Origin: Marsupella aquatica
Lineage: Eukaryota > Plantae > Marchantiophyta
Length of the DNA: 64,000 nt
Reading direction: 5' to 3'
Assembly: GCA_973895155.1 (NCBI GenBank)
Contig: OZ316891.1
Location: 32,313,208-32,377,207 of the forward strand
Shown: piece by piece, positions 22,990 to 35,185 of the stretch
How positions within the stretch are numbered: position 1 is the first letter of the stretch
Layout of the letters: each line of letters starts with the position of its first letter
Notes under the pieces: model-generated
Database searches by the model: none
The model's input: only the letters and a program-made list of their open reading frames with translations
Told to the model about the DNA's origin: nothing
Made by a program: the position numbers and the translations under genes

Positions 22990-24271
22990 ATTTGAACACT
23001 AGTGACAAGGGCAAATGTTTCCACAACGACACCGACCACATGCACTAGGGGAGGAAAACAAACAACACAAGCAACAACAAGTGACACACAAAATATTGGA
23101 ACCTCAAGCCAAATCCATATCTCTTGGTGTTTCCCGTAACACATGCAAGGACAACCCGGCCTCCTGCCGTCTGCCCAACTCCTGCCTCCCGGGGACAAGT
23201 GCTACGTTCTCCACCTCACTACTCTGGCTTGAACTTCTCCTAATCGGTGTGCTACTCACAAAAGCTACTCCAAGCACTATGCTGAGTTCCCCCCCAACTA
23301 CTTCGGGGCTCTCCCCCTAAATACCGAAAAAAACCACACCAAAGCACCCCTCATGGGGTCACAACGATGGCGGCTTACCCTAGCGGCGCCGCGAAAACCC
23401 TGCACTAAGAAATCCCTAAACTAAAAAGGCATGTGGCACACACATGCTGCTAAAACCACAAACCCTAAACTAACAATGGGGCTGACGGTGCCTTCGATGG
23501 TGCCCCAACATTACTCCGTGAACCGTGAAATTGCAAGGAACCTCACAATGGCCAAAACTAGGCGCCTCTCCACCTGCACTACTGAGTTCACCTCTGGATG
23601 GTCCCCCTCCTCCTTATCATGAATCACTCAACCGCTCTCAAAACGGACCTCAGACGACCAAGTTATGGCCGTTTCCGTTTCCCGTAAACACAACTTCGCC
23701 GGGCCATAACCTGCTCATCCTCGCTCCGTTTGAGGAGCGCCGCCCCTTGTTGGAATCAGCTCCGCGAGCTCTTTCCAACAAGCCCGTGAGTGACCCCTCA
23801 AATTTTTTTGGGAAAGTCCAGGGGCCGTACAACCACGTCCGTACGACCACTCTAATCCTCCTCCTCTTCACTCACGGTGCCCTGGCTTGAGCCCCGTGAG
23901 TGGGCCTCCTCATCACTCTCCACTGTAGTGAGTGCTACTTCACTCCTCTTCTTCTTTACCGGGGTACTCCTTTGTGCTAGTGCTCCCCTGCTTCCTCAAA
24001 TTGGCCAAGGCCTGCCACGCCTTAATGTACCCCTCACCAATGGTGTCCTTCCATAAGGCCGCCTCTTCACCGGACCGCAACTCCAACGGTAAAACCTGCC
24101 TGGTGGCCATGGGAGTCCCAGGGGTGACAGATCGGGGTGGCATCCCCGGGGTCCCCATGTTGACCTGAGCTTCTCGTAAAGATTTACGTACCTCCCTGAG
24201 CTTTTTCTCTAAGCTCTTGCTCTTCTCTTGACTCTTCTTGGCTGCATCCAACAGGGGTCCGTACTTCCCAC
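22990..24271 (-). mobile_element. Element X continuation (non-coding LTR part plus the degraded C-terminus of a charged/coiled-coil ORF)
   Basis: Contiguous with 3697-3998 across the ATTTG TSD; minus-strand ORF remnant 23940-24251 (KKSQEKSKSLEKKLREVRKSLREAQ); cut by element D at 24272. Confidence 0.55.
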
Positions 24272-27200
24272 TGTGATGCCTAGACAGGAATCACTCGGCC
24301 AGTTAAGTGGGTAAAGCAGGAAGGCACCCTAGGAACACCTTAGTATAGGGACAAAACAAGGAAAATATAAACCATTAGGGGCAACCATGGAACCCGGGCC
24401 GAGGCCGGAGGTAAGGACGCTGAGGGTGAAAACTCGATTAGGGTTAGGGCGCGTTAAGCGTCGGCGGCTAGGAAGGATCAACGGGAAGAAGGACCGGCAG
24501 AGGAGAGGGGTAAGGAGCGCTTGCAGGAGATGGTGGCTCATTTGCGAGCACGAACTAGGCAGACGACTACGGGAGGCCAACTACTGTCAGCTGCTTAAGC
24601 AAGCACTCGGGGAGAGAGTAGATACCGACGATCGACCTAAGGAGGGTATGAGCAACGTCAATCAAGCGACACATTTCTGGGGATGCCTGTTCGAACGGGC
24701 AACTGAGTACATCAAGACTTACGAGGACGAGGAATCAGAAAGGGCAGCTCGAGAACGGCAGGAGCTCGCTCGATTGTGGGAGCTGCAGAAGACGGCTTTC
24801 TTAGGAGGCGAACTCATCAAGGACGAGTTCCTGTGGACGCCTACTTCCAATCAACTCGACGATCTTCTGTTTTGCAAAGACGGGGTCGTCGGCATCCGAG
24901 AGGCCATCAAGAACTGCAACGACATACACTGGGAATTAAAGGGTAGCACGGAAAGGTGGACCCAGGCAACGGTGCTAGGAGAAACCTCCACGGCAGCAGA
25001 GATGAAGAGGAAGGGAGCCGTCAACGATGAAGCCACCCCGGCAAAAAGAAAGAGGTCGGCGGCACCAAAGAAGCCAGCCGAGCAGCAGAGCAGGAGGCAG
25101 GGAGAAGCCAAAGAGGAGGAGGTCGATCCCATCAAGGCCATTCCAACCAGGGATGACACCTGGAAGGGCTGGGCGGCAACCCTACCGGTGGAGGTGCAAC
25201 TACATTTTGCACGGGAGGAGGATGCATGCTTCACGGCCATGCAGACCAAGAAGTACCAAGGCTTCATGGCCGGATCCGGCTTAGAGGCCTTTGTAAGATT
25301 ACCATGGCTGAAGCCGGAGGTACCGGAGTCAGACCTATTAGAATTCGTGGGGTCATGGGAACCCGAGACCAATTGCACGAGGATATATGGGAAGGATTTC
25401 TATCTTACTCCCAAGGTAATTGCCGAAGTGTTTGGCTTGCCGATAGGCAATAAGACCAAAGTTGATACCAGGAAGACCTTGCCTGACAAGGAGTTCCGGT
25501 CGTTCCCCGGGCCATCAACGAAGAATGGCTTCTTCCGGAACACCTGCACCAACCCGCACATAGGAGAGATGATCGACTTCTTGCGGGTGACCATGCATTG
25601 TAACTTGCCGAGGGCAGAGATCGGCAAGGCACAGGTCTATCTGGCAGAAAGGCCAGACCCAAGTCGGGACTACAACGGGTACCTTCTCAACCAATTGAAG
25701 AAGATCTTAAAGGAGGAGCAGCAGGTAATCGGCATGGGGAGCGTGTCACGGCTTGGCTATCACATGCCGCTGTTGTGCCGGTATGCCAGAGGTCAGACTT
25801 TTGCCCCGGTACTTCCCCTGCAGGTAAGGGCACCCGAGGAAGCTCCAACGCCGAGGCCGCTGGCTGAGAAGCCTCAACCACCTGTTAGCCCTACGATCGA
25901 GCAGGTGTTTAGGCCCAGGAAGGAGGACTTGCCGATGCAGCAACCAGGCATGCAGAGTCTGTTGAAACTACTGGAGAAAGAAAAGAAATCGGCATCGGCA
26001 ACAACAACGGCAACGGCAACAATGCAGGACACTACTACAGAGGTAGGCCTACACCGGCTCACAAGAGAAAACCCCTTTGCTGGAGACAAGGAGAGAATCA
26101 GGCCTGAATCCAAGCCAGGTGTTCGAATGTATGTGGGAATCTCAAGCTCCGAATCTGAGGCAGAATTGCCTGAAGCTCCTACCGACGAAGAGGAGAGGGA
26201 GAAGCCGGACGGCCAAGAAGTAGAGGAGGCAGTGGAGGACTGCAGCCATGATAATTCCGGCTATGGGTCGGACCATCACGTCCCAGGAGTAAGGACCTGT
26301 GGCCGGTTTGTCCCCACACTTCCAAGGGTAGTGCGAGGGGACCCCAACCAGCAGAGTAGCCCTGAGTCTCCCCCACCAGATGTTGCTCCCCCGAGCTTCG
26401 ACGGCATAAAACAGACGGTGCAGGAATTTTAGGAGCGAATCAAGCAGGAAGAGGAGGCAGCCCTGGCTAGGGAAAAGGATTTACCAAGAGGAGATTGGCC
26501 GGAGGACATCAGGCGGCTAGCCAAAAAAGGAAGCAAACCTCTAGCCACAATTGAAGAGATCCGCAAGACGGCTTGGGAGCAGAGGCCGCGATGGGCGATG
26601 CCGATCACTTCTACTTACTCCACCTACGCTAAGAATAGAGCCATGGAGTATGGTGAGATGTGTGGGGAACTTGCGCTCGGCATCTTTGGAGAGGAGTTGG
26701 AGGTAGGACCCTTTTTCCATAGGGAGCAGTTGGAGAAGCACCAATTAGAAGAAGCGGTGGCTTTAGAGAGAAGCAAGAAGGACGAGGTCATTCGGCGGCT
26801 TAGGAGGATGGAAGCCGAGATTGAAGATCTAAGGGCGGCCAAGAAAGCCCAAGATGAACTGCGGATTAAACAACATGAGCTGAACATCATGCAGGGGCAG
26901 TTGGACACCGCGCAGGCTGATAATCAGAATATCAAGGATAAACTGACTCAGACGCAGGGAGAGTTGGCCGACACGATCAAAGAGAGGGAGAAGTGGAAGC
27001 AAGAGCTGAAGAATACAGAGGAGGCCCACATAACAGCCAACAGCCGGGCCATGGCGGAGACCCAAAGAAAGGAATGGGCGTTGAAGGGGGAGCTCGAGAA
27101 AATCAGCGGAGCCCTTGAGCAGAAGGAGGCCGAGTTAGGGAAATCCTATCAAGGGATTATGGCGCTGCAGCAGGAGCTTGCGTCCCTGACGGCCAGCTTC

Positions 27201-28943
27201 AAGGCCGACCTAAGGGAGAAGGACGAGATGCTCGAACAGACTTACGCCAAGATGAACCAGATGGAGTCTGTCATCATTGCAGAGCTCGACAAGGAGCTAA
27301 GAGCAACCCAGGAGGAGAGGACTACCTTGAAACAAGAACGGGAGGAAGCCCAGAAGGAACTAAAGGAGGCACGCAAGGACCTGGATGAGACCCAGGGTGA
27401 GTTGGAGGAAATCACGAGGAAGATGGAGAACCTCCAGCGGCGGGCCGACAACCAAACGGAGCGGCTGAAGAAACAAGCCGCAGTATTTAAGTGCTTGTCT
27501 TCATCAGGCCCAACTCCAATTGGGGCAACCAAGTTACCAGGAGTGGTACTGGCCGAAGAAAAAGCCGCGCCAACTGCACCAGTGCCGGAAGTAAGTGGGA
27601 AGGGGAAGGGACCAGCTGCCGAACCAGACAAGAAGAAAAAGCGGAAACCTTCAGGGTCAAGGAGTAATCCGACTCCACAAGCCATGGTGACCAAGGAGGT
27701 AGAACCAGCACCATCCTCCGGCATGAATACGGCAATAGATCCCGCTATCATCACAGGTGGGGGTGGTGCGGCCCAAGCCGAACTACTCAGTAATGAGGCC
27801 GGTATTCCAGATCCGCCTCTTGAGCAGGCCGGGGAGACCGTAGCCGAGGCTGAGGCTGTAACCGATTCCCGAGCCGATGCCGACGCCGATGGTGGACCCA
27901 GTCAGGCCGATGGAGAGTTGACTCAGTCAAGGGTAGGTAATCTGTCAGAGAATGAGCCTACGGCAGTGGCTGAGGAGGAAGCGTTGGGGGCATCCATTAA
28001 GGATCCACCACCGGTGTCGTGACGGTGCAAGGGCGCCGTTCCTTTTAGGGAGGGCGGACGTGGAGGGAGGAGGCGTGAGTGGGCAGGGCGGGCGCTGATC
28101 TCCAAGTTTAGGATTAGGGTCAGGACCAGGAGCGGCCCTGACACTTAGCTTAGTGGGATTGCGGTCCCACTGGTAGGAGCAACACTTGTGCTCCTGCCTT
28201 GCTGTACATAGGTAGATTCGGGCAAGTAGATTACTGTTAAGTAGATTAGGCTTACGATGCAAAGAATGGCGGATCCACTACCAGGATAAGTACCTGGGCA
28301 GCGGGGAGCTCAGGGCCTCTTCTTTAGCAAGTTTTTAGTTTGCACCAGCCGGGCTGGGATCAAGTAGTACGAGAAGCTCTCGGTTAGTCATACAGTGACC
28401 CTTGTGTATATTCATGTTTCCTCATGCCTAAGAGCTGAATAGAGTTGGCCTCACGGCTTAGTTCGCAGAACTTGTGTATGAGATGTACTGTTTGTATGGC
28501 AAGTGCATGGTATGACTCAGTCAGAATGAGTCATTTTGCTATTTGTGTGTCGCATTAACTTGTGTGAAGAGTGCCCACATCAACAGAAGGAAGGAAAGTA
28601 AGCAGGGGAGTGAGAGTTGGATGTGTCGAGCTGAGAGAGGTCTTAGCGGCTTAACCAAGCCTATTGGGGATCATTCCGGCGGCGGAATCCAAACATACCT
28701 AACAAGACGGAGGGGAAGACAGGGGAAGACAGGGGAAGGCCTATATTAGGCCGGCTACGTATCTCATGACCCGATGAAGGATCTGTCCAGTATATGTGTG
28801 TAAAATGTTAATAGTAGTAGTAGAAGGTTAGCAGCGTCCCATGCCGCTAAGCCGCGGAAACGGCCTCGCCAAGCATGAAACCTGCGGGAATCGGCTTGAG
28901 CTGGGGGGTTTCTTGGGTTTAGGGAGCCATGGGACGCACCACA
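24272..28943 (+). repeat. Element D 5' LTR (4672 bp, contains a long ORF)
   Basis: TGTGATGC...GCACCACA termini (7/8 inverted match), followed by TTTT and a PBS; the second copy at 35186-36918 begins and ends at exactly the same bases. Confidence 0.88.
24387..28022 (+). pseudogene. LTR-encoded protein of D (~1210 codons, one internal TAG at 26430-26432): basic N-terminus, plant-mobile-domain-like core, long coiled coil
   Basis: ORFs 24387-26432 and 26598-28022 are in one frame; GLEAFVRLPW..LTPKVIAEVFGLP..KNGFFRNTC core; heptad-rich E/K/Q segment ~26730-27480. Confidence 0.75.
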
Positions 28944-28947
28944 TTTT

Positions 28948-28965
28948 TGGCGCTAGATGGAGGGG
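28948..28965 (+). promoter_or_regulatory. Element D PBS
   Basis: TGGCGCTAGATGGAGGGG 4 nt after the LTR CA; priming tRNA not identified. Confidence 0.75.
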
Positions 28966-29012
28966 GCATTTCTTAAGCCGTGAGATATGAAGTTAGAACG
29001 GAAGCGTAGGTA

Positions 29013-32006
29013 ATGACTGACCTTACGCCGAGGGAAGAAAGAGTGATTCAACGGGAGAGAGCTCGACTGCAGCAGCTCGCCGGGTGGCATGATACACAGC
29101 GACTGAGAGGGGCAGAAAGAGCTGGTAGCTCCAAAACTGGAAGTGGCGTCGAAGAAGACATACCAGAAGAAGAGTCGGTAAGGAGAAGTGAATCTCCAAC
29201 CGACATGGGGGAACCAGAGGCACGGCCAGACGAGAGGCCAGGGACCAGATTGAGCCAGCGGTCGCGCATACATTACAAGGCATTTCATGGGAGAGGAGAT
29301 GAGGATCCAGACGAATGGTTGGATGATTTCGAGGGAACCGCTGCAGCAAATGGAGAATCGGCCATCAAGATGCAGATTCTTCCCGGCCTGTTCAAGGGTG
29401 AGGCTAGGCCTTGGTACAGAGCATTAGATGTGGAAGATCAAGCCATCTGGGATATCTTCAAAACACTCTTTGTTAAGGAGTTTCGACCCATTGGAACTTC
29501 AGAACTAGCAGTGCTGAAGTTGGGACAACTTCGGTTCAAGGAGAACAAATCCTTCAGGAAGTTCTTGCAACGCTTTCAGAAACTGGTAAGACGTACAAAG
29601 ACCAATGCATCTGAAGGTATGCAACTTCAATGGTTGGTGAATGCTTTGCCACAGAAGATGAGTTTTGCAATTAGGAAGGAGAACCCGGAGACCTTAGCCA
29701 AAGCAATTAAGGATATTCAATTATACATTAATGCAGATATCACAAGCCGGAAGAAACAGCTTAAGTCTGAGAGTTCCTCATCACAGGAGGGATCACCCCA
29801 TAAGAAAAAAGATAAGAAGAAGAAACATTCCAAGAAGTCTAGAAGTGATAAGTCAAGCTCGGATAGTGGGAGTAGCAAGAGTGAGTCATCTTCTAGTTCT
29901 GAAGAAGAAAAAACTAGGAAAAGGAAGGGCAGAAGGAGAGGGAAGACGAAAGTCAAGATGGAGGCTAAGCCACCAGATAACATCGTAGCCCTTACCGAGC
30001 AACTTAAGGCTATCATTGCAGAGGTAAAACCAAAGAAGAAGGTAGTATAGGAGGATAGCTCTGTATGGTGTGCCTTATGTTATAAAACCGGACACCATAA
30101 AGATGCTTGTCCTAAGCTTAATACTAATCATGTTCGGCATGTGGCCGAGATCAGACCATGTCAGGGAGAAGTAGAGTACTTTTTGGGAGATGCCGCTGAT
30201 AGTGTTTTCGGCATCAGTGAGACTGGAGCACGAGACCTATCCAACAGACCTGCATCTCTGTGGTCAGGGTTAAGGAACAATCCAGGAGAGATGTATCCTC
30301 GGATTATTCAGAACCCGTCAGTACCTCCTAGGCCGAATGTGCAAAGATTTGCGGCGTGCTATAATTGTGGTCAACCTGGCCATTTTGCTAGAGAATGCCC
30401 GAATGCACGCAAACAGGGTGATGGACAACCAGCTCAGCTATGTATGGGATGCCGACAGGAAGGTCATATGCTAGGGCAATGTCCTACTTGGTTGGCAGGC
30501 CTGGCCGCAAATCATAAGCTTTTGCCGATCAAGATCTTACCGCCAGGTACTACCCCCGGAGGAGTTCAAATCAACCACATCGAACTAGGATGGCAAGAGG
30601 ATGCCGAGGCAGAGTTCGTACCATCTGATGATGAGGCCGAAGCCCTATCAACCTTCTCAGAGGAGGATTTAGATCATGATTGCTACCGGGTCTCTACTCG
30701 ATCTACCAGAAGGAAGGAAAGGTGGGATGGGCTGGCCAAAAATAAAGGGAAGGTTACGGAGGAAAGGATCGACTCTTCGTCAACATCAACAGAAGGAGAA
30801 GGGAGGGCTCCGGCAATACAGGTAAGCCATGAGCCCACCAGTGAAACCAATCCTTCACAAGATAGCGACTTCAATCGAGATCATCCTAAGTTGTTCTACC
30901 CCTCTGTTACGGCTAGTGTTAAGGAACAACTAAGAGAATTAGAAACCCTGGAGAATACCGAAGCCATTGCCAAGGATGTAAAACGAGCAAAAGCATTGTT
31001 TGCTTCGGAAGACCCAACAACTGTGGAGACTAGCGTGGCAAAACTGGCCGAATCCAAGACGGAACCACCACCAGAAGAGAAGCCGATTGTTCCCTATGAC
31101 CTGGCTAAAGATGTACTAGAATCTAGAGTCTCGGCAACAGTAGGTCAACTATTGAAAAATAGCCTGTACTTCCGGAAGCAATTAAGGAAGGCTATTCTCG
31201 GCAAGCCGAGATTACCCAAGGTAGCAACCAGATCCGACGTACTAATGATAGAAGAAGATCAAGGAGCCCCAGCATTACCATTAATGATTCAAGGAGAATT
31301 ATTACTACGGGTACCCATCGATGGAGGATCAGGGGTATGTATTATGATTGATTCAACAGCAAAAGGGTGGGGTCTAACACCAGAGATGACTGGAAGAGTG
31401 TTGAACATGGCCAATGGATATCAGGTCATTCCGACGGGAGTGTTAACCGGCATCAAGACAGAGATAGGAGGTATCTTCTTTAGCATTAACTATGTAGTAA
31501 TGAAGCAGGTAAATCCTACGTCATTCCGGCTATTGATTGGTAGGCCATGGCTGTACCTAGCCGAGGTAATAGAAGATTGGGGTAAAAAGCAGTTCACTTT
31601 CGGGACCCCCTCTATCACGGTATCCTGGGACACTAAGGATGACCGTAGGAAAAGCATAAGGGAAGTAGATGGGTACGATAGTGGACTGGAGTCAGCCGAT
31701 GAAGTACGTTGGTTAGAATGCTTCACTAACCTAACCGAAGAAGGTGTCTTTGGACCAGAGGTACCCCCCAGCGGATTATGGCAAGAACCAATGGAAGGTG
31801 ACTTGGAAGAAGAAGACGAAGAGGTCGAGGACTGCTTTACAATAGAATCCACCTTTTTAGCTGCAATTCTGGAGGAAGTTAAGGAAGTAGACCAATTGGA
31901 TGAAACGGCTAAGTGGGGAGCAGTAGCAGGGACAGTGGATTTTCTGCAGGCGTTGTGGCAGAGCCGACGGGGTCCACAACGCCATCGATCATCGGCAAGG
32001 AATTAA
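29013..32006 (+). pseudogene. Element D Gag-protease
   Basis: FHGRGDEDPDEWL gag start; knuckles CALCYKTGHHKDAC, CYNCGQPGHFAREC, CMGCRQEGHMLGQC; VPIDGGSG ... LLIGRPWL; one internal TAG at 30048-30050. Confidence 0.9.
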
Positions 32007-35000
32007 ATACCAAGGGATCGGCATACAAGCCGATTACGAGGGCAGAACAAATTGAGGCCCTATTAGAAGCCGAGAGAGCACAGCGGCCTAACTCTCAGGA
32101 GCAAGAGGTGGATGAGATGGACAGACACGATCCAGAGCCAAGGCAGGAAGGGGAGCCGACCACTAATTCAAAACCGAATAGACCGGTAAGGGGACAATCT
32201 ATGGACACCAAGGAAGGGACCGACTCGGCTAGTCCAGCCGAGATCCCAGTTTATGGAGGTATGAGATTAGAGAGACTGGAAGCCGAACTGGACCCGAATT
32301 TGAAGAAGCAGATTAATATGATCCAAGCACGGCAATATCGGAAGCTCGACTTAGGAGAGGGAAGAGAACTGAACTTAGGGAGAAACCTAGCACCTGAGCT
32401 CGAGAAAGAGATCAGTGACTTATTGATTGAATTTCAGGATGTGTTTGCATGGAGTCACCAAGATCTAAAGGGCGTAGATCCAACACTAGGGGAACATCGA
32501 ATTGATCTCATGTTAGGAGCCAAATCATTTCGACAACCAATTCGAAGGATGAACCCGAAGTATTCCCTGCTAGTCAAAACAGAAATCGACAAACTAGTGG
32601 AAGCTGGATTCATCACTCCAGTCCTGCATTCAGACTGGGTGTCTCCAATTGTGATAGTTCCCAAGAAAGCTGGACCCGATGGTAAACCCAAGATCCGGGT
32701 TTGTCAGGATTACAGGAAGCTGAATGAAGCAACATTAAAAGACCATTTTCCTTTACCATTTACTGATATGGTACTAGACATGGTAGCCAGTCATGAACTA
32801 TATTCATTCATGGATGGATACTCTGGTTATAACCAAATCAGGATTCGGCAGGAAGACCAAATCAAGACGGCCTTCATCACGGAATGGGGGATCTATGTCT
32901 TCAATCGTATGCCGTTTGGACTCTGCAACGCACCAGCTATGTTCCAACGATTAATGGTGAACATTTTTCATGATTACTTGAGAAAGTTCATGGAAATCTT
33001 CATTGATGACTTTGCAGTATTCGGGAAGGCATCGAAACATGCTAAATACCTCAGGAGAACCTTCATGAGATGTAGGGAGGTGGGTCTCAAGTTACACCCA
33101 GATAAATGTTTTTTTGCAGTAACCGAGGGGGTGCTACTAGGTCACAAGGTATCAAGGAAGGGCATTGAGATTGACAAAGGTAAGCTAGCAGTATGGCTAG
33201 ATATCATGCAACCTAAGAACATAAAGGATGTAAGATCCTTCTTGGGATGCATTGGTTACTATCGCCGGTTCATCAAGGATTTTGCCAAGCTAGCTTTACC
33301 ATTAACCAATATGCTCAAGGCAGGAGCAGACTTCGAACCCACACCCGAACGAGTCACAGCGGTGGTAGAATTGAAGCAGATGTTAGTAGAGGCCCCAGTC
33401 ATGATAGCACCGGACTGGAACAAAGATTTTCATGTTTTTGTAGATGTCTCGGGCTTCTGTATTGGCTCAGTACTAAGTCAGTTGGATGAGAAAGGAAGGG
33501 ACCATCCCATATACTTCGCAAGCCGTCAGCTTGCCGATGCCGAACGGAACTACTCTACCACGGAAAGAGAAGCATTAGGAGTCATTTATTCTTGTAAAAA
33601 GTTTAGGCATTATTTACTAGGGTACAAGGTAATCTTTCATACTGATCATGAAAGTTTGAAGTACCTAGTCAATAAGCCGGACCTTACAGGCAGAGTAGCA
33701 AGATGGATTTTGCTATTACAGGAGTTTGACTATGAGCTGAGGATCAAGCCAGGAAAGTTACATGCCAATGCCGACTTCTTTTCAAGGATCACAGGTAAAC
33801 CTGCCACGGATTGCATCGATGATCGATTCCCCGACGAGGAGCTATTCGTTGTGGAAATAGCTGGTACATGGTACCCTGAGATTTTACAATTTCTCAGCAC
33901 TTCCAGATTACAGCCAGGATTAAGCCGAGAGCAAGCCGCAGTCTTTGTGCGGAAGGTCAGACAGTATCAGTGCATTAAAGGCATACTACACAAGCATGGA
34001 ATCAACGGCACGATTCAAAGGTGTTTGGAGAAGAGAGAGGTAAAACGAGTCCTACGGGCCATGCATGGAGAGGAGGCCGGAGGACATTTTGCCCCAGTAA
34101 CCACGTCTAAGAAGATATTAAATGCCGGTTACTGGTGGCCCACCTTGCACAAAGATGTCTATCAGTTTATCAAACAATGCGATCCTTGTCAACGAGCGGG
34201 AGGACCAAGGGCGTCCACCAGGCATCCACTGCACCCTATTCTACCTCTAGCACCATTCGAGAAGTGGGGTATTGATTACATTGGACCTCTGAAACCACTA
34301 ACCCACCCTCGACGGAACAAGTACATAATCCTGGCTACGGATTATGCAACTAAATGGGTAGAGGCCAGACCAACAACGAAGGATGATGCAATTACTACGG
34401 CTAGATTCATGTATGAGCAGATCTTCACCAGGTATGGAGCACCCCTAGAATTAGTTAGTGATAGAGGAACCCATTTTTTGAATGATATAATTAGTCGTTT
34501 AAATGAGCAGTATTTAGTTAAACATAGGCCTACTACTCCCTACCATCCAAAGGCAAACGGGTTGACAGAACGAGCAAACGGAATCATAGGAAAGATATTG
34601 AACAAGACAGTAGCTCAGAACAAACTCGATTGGGATGATAAATTGTTTGCTGCTGTTTTTGCTTACAATCTGGCCTATAAATCCACTACCGGTCATACAC
34701 CCTTCTTCTTAACCTTTGGACAAGAAGCCCTGGTACCCATGCAACTTGAGATACCGACATTTCAAGTTACAATTGAGGAAAGAGCCTCAGCGGAGGAGAG
34801 CCTAAAGGAGCGAGAATATAGGTTAGAAGCTTTAGAGGAAGCGAGAATGATTTCAGCCGAGAGAGTAGAATATAGACAGAATATCATGAAGCAGCAGTAT
34901 GATAAAAGGTTAAAAGTAGTTAGTATTCATATCGGTGATCTTGTGCTACTTTATGACAGTAGGTATAGTAGGTTTCCAGGAAAGCTTTACACTCGCTGGT

Positions 35001-35173
35001 TAGGACCCTTTAGAGTAACCATGATGTTCCCCAATGGCTCCGTGCAATTGGCCAACATTACGGGAGAGGTATATCCAGTTCGCATCCATTATGACCGCCT
35101 CAAGAAATACTATATGGACGAAGATGAAGTTGTTCGCGAGGACGCTTCACAATTAAGTGGGGAGCTATGGTGA
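31913..35173 (+). CDS. Element D RT-RNase H-integrase (uninterrupted, -1 frame)
   Basis: FMDGYSGY, FIDDF, TEREALG, HTDH, H..H..CDPC, GIDYIG, SDRG, NGLTER, WLGPF. Confidence 0.95.
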   Translation: MGSSSRDSGFSAGVVAEPTGSTTPSIIGKELNTKGSAYKPITRAEQIEALLEAERAQRPNSQEQEVDEMDRHDPEPRQEGEPTTNSKPNRPVRGQSMDTKEGTDSASPAEIPVYGGMRLERLEAELDPNLKKQINMIQARQYRKLDLGEGRELNLGRNLAPELEKEISDLLIEFQDVFAWSHQDLKGVDPTLGEHRIDLMLGAKSFRQPIRRMNPKYSLLVKTEIDKLVEAGFITPVLHSDWVSPIVIVPKKAGPDGKPKIRVCQDYRKLNEATLKDHFPLPFTDMVLDMVASHELYSFMDGYSGYNQIRIRQEDQIKTAFITEWGIYVFNRMPFGLCNAPAMFQRLMVNIFHDYLRKFMEIFIDDFAVFGKASKHAKYLRRTFMRCREVGLKLHPDKCFFAVTEGVLLGHKVSRKGIEIDKGKLAVWLDIMQPKNIKDVRSFLGCIGYYRRFIKDFAKLALPLTNMLKAGADFEPTPERVTAVVELKQMLVEAPVMIAPDWNKDFHVFVDVSGFCIGSVLSQLDEKGRDHPIYFASRQLADAERNYSTTEREALGVIYSCKKFRHYLLGYKVIFHTDHESLKYLVNKPDLTGRVARWILLLQEFDYELRIKPGKLHANADFFSRITGKPATDCIDDRFPDEELFVVEIAGTWYPEILQFLSTSRLQPGLSREQAAVFVRKVRQYQCIKGILHKHGINGTIQRCLEKREVKRVLRAMHGEEAGGHFAPVTTSKKILNAGYWWPTLHKDVYQFIKQCDPCQRAGGPRASTRHPLHPILPLAPFEKWGIDYIGPLKPLTHPRRNKYIILATDYATKWVEARPTTKDDAITTARFMYEQIFTRYGAPLELVSDRGTHFLNDIISRLNEQYLVKHRPTTPYHPKANGLTERANGIIGKILNKTVAQNKLDWDDKLFAAVFAYNLAYKSTTGHTPFFLTFGQEALVPMQLEIPTFQVTIEERASAEESLKEREYRLEALEEARMISAERVEYRQNIMKQQYDKRLKVVSIHIGDLVLLYDSRYSRFPGKLYTRWLGPFRVTMMFPNGSVQLANITGEVYPVRIHYDRLKKYYMDEDEVVREDASQLSGELW
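31937..31996 (+). promoter_or_regulatory. Candidate programmed -1 ribosomal frameshift signal (G GAT TTT + stem-loop/pseudoknot)
   Basis: Slippery heptamer 31937-31943 in phase with the gag-PR frame; 5-nt spacer; 10-bp stem ggcgttgtgg (31949-31958) / ccacaacgcc (31974-31983); loop gccga (31963-31967) complementary to tcggc (31992-31996); pol is in the -1 frame and opens at 31913. Confidence 0.78.
35151..35167 (+). promoter_or_regulatory. Element D post-pol PPT-like motif
   Basis: AATTAAGTGGGGAGCTA, similar to the C PPT AATTTAAGTGGAGGGCTA. Confidence 0.7.
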
Positions 35174-35185
35174 ACTCGACGTGAA

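Larger units (their letters stand above)
24272..35185 (+). mobile_element. Ty3/gypsy non-chromoviral element D (5' LTR + gag-pol), truncated just after pol
   Basis: LTR, PBS, gag-PR, RT-RH-IN closely related to C pol (KKAGPDGKPKIRVCQDYRKLN), PPT-like motif; no direct-orientation 3' LTR. Confidence 0.9.

Noticed and set aside
23501-23520. ccaaca at 23510 as the boundary of the X LTR
   Set aside because: No PPT or PBS next to it and no second copy; left unresolved
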